A DNA stretch of 43,457 nucleotides from positions 1-43,457 of the IMG/VR virus record IMGVR_UViG_3300002858_000001. One strand, written 5' to 3'. Made by a program: the position numbers and the translations under genes. Below the pieces are notes generated by a model. The model ran no database searches, was not told where the DNA came from, and saw only the letters and a program-made list of their open reading frames with translations. This document shows, piece after piece, positions 1-6,738 of this stretch; positions within the stretch are counted from its first letter, which is position 1; the number at the start of each line of letters is the position of its first letter. The DNA comes from a virus.

Positions 1-53
1 GGAGAGGTGGCCGAGTGGCTTAAGGCGCGCCCCTGCTAAGGGCGGTTAACTTT
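1..53 (+). repeat. attL core: truncated 5' half of tRNA-Ser(GCU)
   Basis: GGAGAGG-TG-GCC-GAGTGGCTTAA-GGC-G-CGCCC-CTGCTAA-GGGCG-GTTAACTTT reads as acceptor 5' strand, 3-bp D stem (class II tRNA) and anticodon stem-loop with anticodon GCT. Identical to 43405..43457. The sequence after nt 53 (TTTAGCATCACC...) has no T arm or acceptor 3' strand, so this copy is a fragment. Confidence 0.85.
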
Positions 54-59
54 TTAGCA

Positions 60-1163
60 TCACCTTGAATTTATTGCGATAATGTCGGCCTGCCCCGGCG
101 TCTCCCCAAGTTTTCCCCAATTCGCAAAATTATACCCGTGCGCGCGCAGCCGGTCAGCGAGATCTGATGGCGCCAGCTTGGTGTAGCGCAGCGCCATGTC
201 GGCCTTCTTCCACCCGCCCGCTTGCATCAAGGCGACTAGGTTGAAGCCGCTGGCCGCGTAATACCACGTCGCCCATGTGTGGCGCAGGACGTGCGGGGTC
301 ACGTCATCGCCCAGCCCGGCCGCCTCACGCGCTTTATTGAATATGCCCGCAAACTGACCGCCTGAATTGTTTTTCCGTATTTTATACCCTTGACCTTTCG
401 GAGTCAGAAAGGCGGGGCCTTGCGGCTTCAATCCGTCCAGCAGCGCGGGAAGGCCCCGGCTGCGTTCGATGGGCGCCCAGCGCGGGTCCTCATTCTTTGG
501 GTTGGCAATCCAGACCTGCGCCGTGGGCACGTTGATGTTGCTGACCTGCAGCCGCACCGCATCACTTGTGCGCATGCCGGTGGCCAGCAATGTCAGGATC
601 AGGCGCCGAGCCCGTGGGCAGGCCGCCTCAATCAAGGTTTCAGCTTCTTCCGGGGTCAGCCAGCGCACGCGGGCATTGTCCTGGACGCCCTTGCGCAGCC
701 CACCCCGTTCATGGTGGCCGATGACCGCGCGCGTGGGCGTGACCGCCTGCCGGTGGCGCGTGGCGGGCTTGGCGTTCGGATACAGGGCGCGGGCGCCTTC
801 CGCGATCACGGGCGGCGTCAGTTCATCCAGCGGCGTGGTGCCCCAATATGTCAGCAGGCGCGCCATGTAACGCGCCTCGCTGCTGTGGTGGTATTCCAGC
901 CCGCGCAGCGCCAGCTTGGCCTTCCGGTCTTCCATATAGGCCAAGGCTGCCTGCGCAAACGAGATGCGGCCGCCCATGGCGGCCGCGTCTTCCAGTTCGC
1001 GTTCCAGCTGGCGCTTGCGCTGCTGGGCTAGTTTCCGGTTGCCAGTCTTAAGGCTGCGTTCAATGAGTCCGTGCCCTTCGACCGTTCCGCGCGCGATGTA
1101 GAATTTATTCCCCTTGCGCTGGCCGGGCGCGATAAGTTCGAGCGGCATGATAGCGACTCCCAT
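60..1163 (-). CDS. int: Tyrosine recombinase / phage integrase
   Basis: 367-aa ORF with C-terminal catalytic-region motifs HVLRHTWATWYY and GGWKKADMALRYTKL. N-terminal KGNKFYIARGTVEG resembles an arm-binding domain. Stop codon is 6 nt from the att repeat. Start could also be the ATG at 1148. Confidence 0.9.
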   Translation of the reverse strand: MGVAIMPLELIAPGQRKGNKFYIARGTVEGHGLIERSLKTGNRKLAQQRKRQLERELEDAAAMGGRISFAQAALAYMEDRKAKLALRGLEYHHSSEARYMARLLTYWGTTPLDELTPPVIAEGARALYPNAKPATRHRQAVTPTRAVIGHHERGGLRKGVQDNARVRWLTPEEAETLIEAACPRARRLILTLLATGMRTSDAVRLQVSNINVPTAQVWIANPKNEDPRWAPIERSRGLPALLDGLKPQGPAFLTPKGQGYKIRKNNSGGQFAGIFNKAREAAGLGDDVTPHVLRHTWATWYYAASGFNLVALMQAGGWKKADMALRYTKLAPSDLADRLRAHGYNFANWGKLGETPGQADIIAINSR

Positions 1164-1330
1164 TTGTGCATCACGATTTCTTCGTGGCGGGGATATAACA
1201 ACCTTTGGCGGCCCTTGAGAAGATGGGAGCCCGGCGTCACGTCAAGGATATGCTGGCGCAGCCAGCGCACGCTGACGCCCAGCTGCGCGGCGACTTCGGA
1301 GTCATGCTTCGGCTTTCTGCGGTCTGTCAT
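1028..1330 (-). CDS. Small HTH protein, excisionase/AlpA-like (putative Xis)
   Basis: Internal ATG at 1330 of ORF 1028..1612. MTDRRKPKHDSEVAAQLGVSVRWLRQHILD is a short helix-turn-helix directly upstream of int. The 3' tail overlaps the int start by ~136 nt in another frame, so the C-terminus is uncertain. Confidence 0.5.
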   Translation of the reverse strand: MTDRRKPKHDSEVAAQLGVSVRWLRQHILDVTPGSHLLKGRQRLLYPRHEEIVMHKWESLSCRSNLSRPASARGINSTSRAERSKGTDSLNAALRLATGN

Positions 1331-1370
1331 GGTCAATTCACCTGTTCGGTTCGGGTGGTTTGTCAGGGTG

Positions 1371-1447
1371 GGGCCCGCTGGCACACCGATGTGCCGTCGG
1401 TGCAGACATTGCCAGCGGGCCCGCTGCCGGGGCACCATTGCCCCGGC
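1371..1447 (-). promoter_or_regulatory. Nested stem-loops between early-left operon and xis/int
   Basis: 13-bp perfect inverted repeat GGGCCCGCTGGCA (1371..1383) / TGCCAGCGGGCCC (1410..1422) encloses an inner 6-bp stem CACCGA (1384..1389) / TCGGTG (1397..1402). A second hairpin is GCCGGGG (1426..1432) / CCCCGGC (1441..1447). No U-tract follows. Confidence 0.6.
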
Positions 1448-1455
1448 TTCAACTC

Positions 1456-1800
1456 TTAAAATCGCATCCAGATGGGCTGCCCCGGTGCGGCCACCATGCG
1501 GGAATGGATCAAGGCGCGGTCTGCGTCTTCCAGCCGGGCGTAGGGGCACTCCGTGACGCGGTGCAGGATGCGGTGGCCGATGACCCGGCGCAGATGATGC
1601 GCGCCCGGCCACCAGCAGATAATGGTCGGATGACCCGGCAGGGCGCCGTCACGGAACCCGATGAAGCTGGCATGATCTGCGTGGGCGCAGATCACCAATT
1701 CATAGGTGACCGGCCCGGCCGGGCTGGCGCGCATTACGCAGGCCTCGGCCAGCGCCGACTCCGCAGCGCGGCGGGTGAAGTGCAAGCCGTGGTCAGCCAT
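1456..1800 (-). CDS. Hypothetical protein (last gene of early-left operon)
   Basis: ATG at 1800 is preceded by GGAGGAG and overlaps the upstream ORF stop (ATGGCTGA). Codon usage is typical for the window. No family recognised. Confidence 0.6.
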   Translation of the reverse strand: MADHGLHFTRRAAESALAEACVMRASPAGPVTYELVICAHADHASFIGFRDGALPGHPTIICWWPGAHHLRRVIGHRILHRVTECPYARLEDADRALIHSRMVAAPGQPIWMRF

Positions 1801-1981
1801 ACGAGCACTCCTCCGCCATGACTTCGCGCGCGCAGGGCGGCGCTTCCGGGTCATCGGTGAAATACGGGTCATCATACTCCCCTGTCAGGGCAAAGTGGGC
1901 ATTGCGCGGGCCCCATCCGGCGCGCAGCATGGCCAGTGCCAAGGCTGCGCGCCACGTCAAAAGTCTCCACCTGGCACGCAT
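1793..1981 (-). CDS. Hypothetical small protein (62 aa)
   Basis: Start ATG shares one nt with the ParB-like stop (TGATG). The stop overlaps the next start. Supported mainly by this coupling pattern. Confidence 0.4.
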   Translation of the reverse strand: MRARWRLLTWRAALALAMLRAGWGPRNAHFALTGEYDDPYFTDDPEAPPCAREVMAEECSYG

Positions 1982-4095
1982 CAGGCCTGCCCCTGCAGCA
2001 GCTTGGCCACGGCGGTTTCCATTTCCGCACGGGGCAGGAACTCGGCCTCTGGCGGTATCCAGCCCTTGGCCACCCGTTCGCCCATGAACTCGGCCAGCCC
2101 GGCCTTGTGGCTGGGCACCGGCTCGCCTTCCTTGGCGCGCAGCGCCGCGCCGGTGGGCACCAGCATGGCCTTAAGCTGGGCGGCCGTGTAATCGCCAAAC
2201 CATTCCTGCGTCGCCAAGTCTTCCCGCGCATCCAGCGCCACGCCGAGGCTGGGCTGTTTCTTCCGGTTCGCTTCGGCATATTCGGCCAGCGCAATGGCTT
2301 CCTTGGATGATCCTGCGTCCGCGGATTGCGTGGGCATGTCGACCAGCTGGGCGCCGATGACCTGCGCATAAAGCGCCAGCAGCTTGTCCATGGGCATGGC
2401 CAGCAGGGTGCGCAGCGCGGTGCCGCGATCTGCCACGCTGGCGCCGTCAAAGCCCTTGAGACCCTTGAACGCCTTGTCGGCCAGTTTCGGCAGTTCGCGC
2501 TCCAGCTTGCCAGCATCGCCGCTGCGGTTCGGCGGGTACATGTCCAGCAGCGTGGCAGAGTGCCAGTCTCGGTCGCCCGGCAGGGCTGCCAGCAGGCCAA
2601 GCGCCACGGCCGCCTGCGGGCTGTCTGAGACCACGTCCCGCATGGCCAGTGACCGGGCCCACGCGCCCGCCATCCAGTTGCGCCGGGCATAGGGCTGCAC
2701 CTTGTCGTCCGGGGCTTCGGCCGGGGCGGCGTCCGCCTTGGCGGCCTTCCCTTTTGCGGGGGCGGCTTTCGTGGCGCCAGATTGGCCGCCAGCGGCCGGC
2801 TTGGTGGTTTCCGGGGCAAAGATGCCGAACCATGCCGCGCCGGTGGCGCCGTCAAGCGCAAAGCGAACATAGGCGCCCTCCGGCATGGTCTTTGGCGCCG
2901 TCTTTTCATCATAGGGCGCGCTGACCAGCTGGCCGCCATGCAGGCGGCTGTGCCAGCTGCCCTCCTGCACCGGGGCGGTCAGGCCGTGCGCCTTGCTGAT
3001 TTCTTCCGCGCGGGCCATGGCCGCCTTGCCCTGCAGATCGCTGAACAATTCCCGGTCTGCCATCAGGCGCTCGACGGTTTTGTCAGGCTGGTCAATGTCG
3101 GTGATTTCGCCACCGGCCGCGATGTATTCGGCCTCGGTGAAAAGCGCATGTGTGGGGTTGTATCCGCCCGCCTTGATCCAGTTGCGCAGATCGGTCGGCG
3201 TTGACGCTTCGCCGTGACGCATCGCCCACAAGGCCTCCTGCTGCAGCTTGGCGGGTTGGCGCGCCAGTTCAATGGCAAACTTGCGTGAGGGGATTTCGCC
3301 ATCTTCCCACGCCTGTTTCGTTTCATCGGTCAGGTTCGCCACCAGCTGGAGGTTCACCTGCACATTGCGGCGCGTGGTGCCGATGCGTTCGGCAATGACG
3401 GCCGTGGCCTTTTCCGGGTCATCCGACTCGGCCTTGCGCAATTCCACCAGCTTGGCCACCGCAATGGCCTGCTCCAGCGGGTGCACATCATCACGGGCCT
3501 GATTTTCCAGAATGGCCGTCTCGAGGTGGTCAGCATCGCTGCCGGTCTGCACCTTGACGGGCACCGGCGCGTTGGCCTTCCATGCGCCGCGCTCCACCAG
3601 CAGCTGCATGGCCTTCCAGCGGCGCTCGCCATACACGATATGATAATGCGGTTTCTTGTTTGAGACCTTCCGCACTCCGATATTCTGCAGCAGGCCTTTT
3701 TCCTGAATGGAGGCGGCCAGTTCGGCCAGCCCGTCAGCGTCAAAGGTTTTGCGCGGGTTCAAGGGGCTGGGCGCAATGTCATCCAGCGGGATGCTGGCCT
3801 CGACGGGCGCAGCCGGTGCGGCCGGTGCGGGTTTGGCCGTAGTCTTTGCGGCCGGTTTCTTGGCCGGGGTTTTCGGCTTGGCCGGGGCCTTCGCCTTGGT
3901 GGCGGGCTTTTTCGCGGCCGGTTTCTTGGCGGCCGGTTTCTTGGCGGCAGGTTTCGAGGCTTCGGCCTCGGCGTCTGCCTTGGCGGTGCCCAGCTTGTCC
4001 TGCAGGCGCTTTTTGGGCAGCGTGACAACCTGTTTCGTGACGGTTTCCGGCACAATGGACTTGGCGGCGGTGGGCTTTTTTGCGGTGGCGGTCAT
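1981..4095 (-). CDS. ParB-family DNA-binding protein (ParB N-terminal/Srx domain + HTH) with lysine-rich N-terminal repeats and a long C-terminal extension
   Basis: 704 aa. IPLDDIAPSPLNPRKTF and HIVYGERRWKAMQLL match ParB box I and box II (GERRxRA arginine patch). IAERIGTTRRNVQVNLQLVANL matches the ParB HTH. The N-terminus has KPAAKKPAAKKPAAKKPATKAKAPAKPK, a histone-H1-like tract. The ~450-aa C-terminal part is of unknown family. Confidence 0.85.
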   Translation of the reverse strand: MTATAKKPTAAKSIVPETVTKQVVTLPKKRLQDKLGTAKADAEAEASKPAAKKPAAKKPAAKKPATKAKAPAKPKTPAKKPAAKTTAKPAPAAPAAPVEASIPLDDIAPSPLNPRKTFDADGLAELAASIQEKGLLQNIGVRKVSNKKPHYHIVYGERRWKAMQLLVERGAWKANAPVPVKVQTGSDADHLETAILENQARDDVHPLEQAIAVAKLVELRKAESDDPEKATAVIAERIGTTRRNVQVNLQLVANLTDETKQAWEDGEIPSRKFAIELARQPAKLQQEALWAMRHGEASTPTDLRNWIKAGGYNPTHALFTEAEYIAAGGEITDIDQPDKTVERLMADRELFSDLQGKAAMARAEEISKAHGLTAPVQEGSWHSRLHGGQLVSAPYDEKTAPKTMPEGAYVRFALDGATGAAWFGIFAPETTKPAAGGQSGATKAAPAKGKAAKADAAPAEAPDDKVQPYARRNWMAGAWARSLAMRDVVSDSPQAAVALGLLAALPGDRDWHSATLLDMYPPNRSGDAGKLERELPKLADKAFKGLKGFDGASVADRGTALRTLLAMPMDKLLALYAQVIGAQLVDMPTQSADAGSSKEAIALAEYAEANRKKQPSLGVALDAREDLATQEWFGDYTAAQLKAMLVPTGAALRAKEGEPVPSHKAGLAEFMGERVAKGWIPPEAEFLPRAEMETAVAKLLQGQA
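3914..3958 (-). repeat. 15-bp tandem repeat x3 encoding the (KKPAA)n tract
   Basis: GCGGCCGGTTTCTTG at 3914..3928 and 3929..3943 are identical. A degenerate third unit lies at 3944..3958. Confidence 0.8.
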
Positions 4096-4460
4096 TATTT
4101 CGTTTCCTTGATTTGTTCGTGTGCGGCCAGCAGGCTGCAGGCCATGGATGCGGCCACTTCGAGCGTGGTCTGCGTGATGTGGATGGCGCGGCCGCGCGCT
4201 GCGTTTAGCGTGTCATCGGCCGGGGCTTTCTCCATGACGGCTGACGCCACCCACCAGCCGGTCAGGCTGGCCAGCGCGGTCAGTTCATCCGACAAGGGCA
4301 TGTCCGGCCACTGATCGCCTGCGGCGTTGCGCACGGCCAGCAGTGAGGTGGACAAGGCCGTGGCGGTGTCACCATCGCCATGGCTGGGCGTGAAGGCTTC
4401 CAGCAGCAGCTGGCGCGCAAGGGCTTCCAGCCTGCCCATGGGGTCAGTCTGGTCGGTCAT
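4095..4460 (-). CDS. Hypothetical protein (121 aa, helical/acidic)
   Basis: Start and stop each share one nt with neighbouring genes (TGATG / TAATG). No family recognised. Confidence 0.65.
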   Translation of the reverse strand: MTDQTDPMGRLEALARQLLLEAFTPSHGDGDTATALSTSLLAVRNAAGDQWPDMPLSDELTALASLTGWWVASAVMEKAPADDTLNAARGRAIHITQTTLEVAASMACSLLAAHEQIKETK

Positions 4461-4846
4461 CAGCTTGCGTCCTTTCGGGGGGCGGGTTTGTTGCCAAACA
4501 TGCCCTCGGCATTGTCAGTGCTGGCAATGATGCTGAGAGCCTTGTCGGTGATTTCCCGCACGCCTGTGCCGCACGCAATGAGGTGTTCCAGCGTATTGGC
4601 TGGCACCTTACTTGCGCGGTGCATGGCCGAGATGGCGAGCCGGTGCGCGGCAACTTGCTTTATTGTGTTGCTGCTTAACCCGCCAAACTGTGCGGAGGCT
4701 GCATTCTGCACAACGGCAAGCGCCTGCAGGATGATGACGGCCGGGTGTTCGCCGGGTTCGCATTCGGCCTGCACGGCATCGATAAGCTGCGCAGCCAGTT
4801 CTATGGCGGGGCCTTTCTGAATTGCGGAGATGGTTTTGCCGCCCAT
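4460..4846 (-). CDS. Hypothetical protein (128 aa)
   Basis: Internal ATG at 4846 overlaps the upstream stop (TAATG) and is preceded by GGGGAGG. The longer 166-aa ORF start was rejected. Confidence 0.6.
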   Translation of the reverse strand: MGGKTISAIQKGPAIELAAQLIDAVQAECEPGEHPAVIILQALAVVQNAASAQFGGLSSNTIKQVAAHRLAISAMHRASKVPANTLEHLIACGTGVREITDKALSIIASTDNAEGMFGNKPAPRKDAS

Positions 4847-5241
4847 TACGCTGCCTCCCCTTGCGCCTGATGCTGGAACCGTTCGGGTTGCAGGGGTTCT
4901 CCCATCGGCAGTGCCCGGAAGATTTTCTCCATGACAATCTGCATGGCCGAATGGCGCCACTGGTCAGCGCTGGAGTAAGTGCTGCTGGTGGTGGTCATGG
5001 CGCACATGCAGGCCAGACCTTCCAGCTGCTGCGCCATGATCATGGCGGCGGCCGTCACGGCGTCATTGGCGTCAATCAGCGGATCATTCAGTGGCGCTGC
5101 GGCCAGTATCTGATTGAAGCAGCTGGCCAGCACGGCTGCCGTTTCGGTTTCATCAGGTGCGTGCAGATGAACTGCGCCCAGCAACTCAAGGGCGGCCTGC
5201 TGGCCTGTTTCGGCTGGCACGGGTGCGGGTGTGTAGTGCAT
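4846..5241 (-). CDS. Hypothetical protein (131 aa), first gene of early-left operon
   Basis: ORF begins downstream of the AT-rich operator region. No family recognised. Confidence 0.6.
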   Translation of the reverse strand: MHYTPAPVPAETGQQAALELLGAVHLHAPDETETAAVLASCFNQILAAAPLNDPLIDANDAVTAAAMIMAQQLEGLACMCAMTTTSSTYSSADQWRHSAMQIVMEKIFRALPMGEPLQPERFQHQAQGEAA

Positions 5242-5320
5242 TCATGTCTCCCATTTGCGTCTCCCCTGTGAGGCGCGCGGGCCGGGGGTTGGTGGGGGAG
5301 ACAACCCGCGCGCCGAACCG

Positions 5321-5335
5321 GCGAACCCGGTTCGT
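5321..5335. repeat. Dispersed palindrome copy 1 (GCGAACCCGGTTCGt, 14/15)
   Basis: Lies in the leader between the AT-rich promoter/operator island and the first early-left gene. An extra half-site CCGAACCGG abuts it at 5313..5321. Confidence 0.85.
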
Positions 5336-5339
5336 CGGG

Positions 5340-5440
5340 GAACATGCATAAGATGCATATTTGATGCAAGCAAAAATATGCATCAGATGTATTTTGAAAT
5401 ATTTTCGCCATGTATTTTTCAATGAAACTTGTGTCATCAA
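5340..5440 (-). promoter_or_regulatory. AT-rich promoter/operator island for early-left operon (PL/OL-like)
   Basis: Strikingly AT-rich island in a GC-rich genome. 11-bp perfect inverted repeat GATGCATATTT (5352..5362) / AAATATGCATC (5374..5384). ATGCAT occurs three times. ATGTATTTT occurs at 5387..5395 and 5410..5419 and recurs at 6016..6025. A possible minus-strand promoter is TTGCTT-N17-TATGCA. Confidence 0.6.
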
Positions 5441-5446
5441 CTGCGC

Positions 5447-5468
5447 AAAACCCCGCGCCATGGCGGGG
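5447..5468 (-). terminator. Rho-independent terminator after repressor gene
   Basis: Minus strand reads CCCCGC-CATGGC-GCGGGG followed by TTTT, about 80 nt downstream of the repressor stop. Confidence 0.55.
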
Positions 5469-5545
5469 ATTTCAAGGCGAAATGGATTTGGGAAATACCG
5501 AAGGGCGCACGCGGGCCCGCGCACCTGGACGCGGCCGGGGCGTTT

Positions 5546-5923
5546 CTACTCTGCGGCGGGTGGCAGGTTTGGCGCGAAGGCGTCTTTAAGGCTATCCAGC
5601 GTGCTGGAAACGATTGGCCAGAACCGGGGGCTGGAACGCAGTGACTCGATCAGCCCGCGTTCGCGGTCTGTGAGCCCGTCGCCATCTTCCACCAGTTCGG
5701 CCGGGGGAACGTCAAGGATTTCCGCGAGCTGCAGCAATTGCTTTACGGTAATATCAACCTTGCCCCGCTCCCATCTGGCCAGCGTCGGCTGGGATATATT
5801 GAGCGCTTCGGCAAGGCTTTCCTGTGTAAAGCCCGCTTTGACCCGTGCGTCACGGATGCGCAGCCGACTTTGGGCGTCGGACTTTGTGTAGGGGCCACGA
5901 GTCGCCATACCCCATAATGACAT
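5546..5923 (-). CDS. XRE-family HTH repressor (cI-like)
   Basis: RIRDARVKAGFTQESLAEALNISQPTLARWERGKVDITVKQLLQLAEIL is a classic XRE/Cro-C1 HTH. It is divergent from a Cro-like gene. Start is the ATG at 5923 or 5908. The annotated 265-aa ORF start was rejected. Confidence 0.85.
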   Translation of the reverse strand: MSLWGMATRGPYTKSDAQSRLRIRDARVKAGFTQESLAEALNISQPTLARWERGKVDITVKQLLQLAEILDVPPAELVEDGDGLTDRERGLIESLRSSPRFWPIVSSTLDSLKDAFAPNLPPAAE

Positions 5924-6042
5924 TGGCTTGTTACGCGAAACAGAACACCGCGCGTATATTTCAGTCGTCTGGGGTTGCTCAAAAATCCGAATCACCTTTT
6001 CCAAATATACGTAATATGTATTTTTAGGGAGGGGTTTCAACC
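5924..6042. promoter_or_regulatory. Divergent promoter/operator region of the immunity switch (OR-like)
   Basis: Inverted repeat CGTATATTT (5953..5961) / AAATATACG (6003..6011). ATGTATTTTT at 6016..6025 is shared with the OL-like island. SD AGGGAGGGG lies before the ATG at 6043. Confidence 0.6.
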
Positions 6043-6318
6043 ATGAGGCGACTTGATGCTTACCGGCGCGGGCGCGGCTGGACATATGACCAGCTTGGTG
6101 ACCGGCTGGGGCGCACCGGCGTCCAGTGTGGCCGCTATTGCAGGGGGGAAAGTCACCCCAGCCTAGAAATTGGGCAGAAACTGGCTCGCCTGTCAGATGG
6201 TGCTGTCCATTTGGGCAATTATCACGATGACCTGCCGGAAGCGGAAGCCGAGGCCATGATTGCCCGGCTGCGTCAGGCAGACGCCCAGACCGCCAAGGCG
6301 GCCGGGGGCATGTCATGA
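6043..6318 (+). CDS. Cro/CII-like HTH regulator
   Basis: 91 aa. GWTYDQLGDRLGRTGVQCGRYCRGESHPSLEIGQKLARL is HTH-like. First gene of the rightward operon, with a strong SD. Confidence 0.7.
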   Translation: MRRLDAYRRGRGWTYDQLGDRLGRTGVQCGRYCRGESHPSLEIGQKLARLSDGAVHLGNYHDDLPEAEAEAMIARLRQADAQTAKAAGGMS

Positions 6319-6536
6319 GCGTGTTTCTGACCGCGTGGGCCATTTACCTGTTGGGGTGGCCGTTCGCCGTGGCGATCATCTGGCACCGGCTGCGCACGCA
6401 ATACGTAGCCGCCAATGGTCTGGCCGATGTAAACAGTGAGCCGGTGCGCGTCAGGCATCTGAAAATGGCCGTTCGGGCCGCCCATGTCTGGCCTGCCAGC
6501 CTGCTGTTTTCCGGGGGCGCCAATGGCCCGGCATAG
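6315..6536 (+). CDS. Small membrane protein
   Basis: ATGA overlap with the upstream gene. Hydrophobic segment FLTAWAIYLLGWPFAVAIIW. Confidence 0.55.
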   Translation: MSVFLTAWAIYLLGWPFAVAIIWHRLRTQYVAANGLADVNSEPVRVRHLKMAVRAAHVWPASLLFSGGANGPA

Positions 6537-6738
6537 CGGCAATTACTGCAACGACTGCGCGTGGCCATATGAGTGTGCGGCCGCCCGCAATTGCCATAGG
6601 CGAGATCTGGGGCAGGTGCGCAGCGCAGCCCCGGCCGGGCGCGGGCCATCGGTGCCGCTGCAGGCGCTGCCCAGCGAGGCGGATCATGTGGGCGCGATCA
6701 TACGGGCGCCGAAGCTGCAGGCCGGGGGCAGATCATGA
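6523..6738 (+). CDS. Small Cys-rich (zinc-ribbon-like) protein
   Basis: Internal ATG at 6523. YCNDCAWPYECAAARNC cysteine cluster. ATGA overlap with the next gene. Confidence 0.45.
   Translation: MARHSGNYCNDCAWPYECAAARNCHRRDLGQVRSAAPAGRGPSVPLQALPSEADHVGAIIRAPKLQAGGRS

Noticed and set aside
1-90. The left tRNA-Ser copy as an intact tRNA gene.
   Set aside because: After nt 53 the sequence (TTTAGCATCACCTTGAATTTATTG...) has no T arm (GGTTCGAATCC-type) and no acceptor 3' strand complementary to GGAGAGG. It is an att fragment.
1872-2939. Long alternative-frame and antisense ORFs overlapping confident genes (for example 1872..2939-, 10740..11630-, 16456..17676-, 21006..22220-, 21832..23148-, 25551..26483-, 33027..34529-).
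   Set aside because: These are typical shadow ORFs of GC-rich DNA. Their products are Arg/Pro/Gly/Ala-rich and low-complexity, they lack ribosome-binding sites, and each lies entirely within a gene that has clear family motifs on the other strand or frame.
5186-5524. ORFs spanning the AT-rich island (5186..5524-, 5361..5891+) as possible small regulators.
   Set aside because: They cross the terminator and operator repeats, have no SD, have atypical composition, and overlap the repressor gene or the leader.
6315-6536. The small membrane protein as the missing holin.
   Set aside because: It lies in the early-right operon, far from the endolysin, and has only one clear hydrophobic segment. It is kept as a hypothetical membrane protein.
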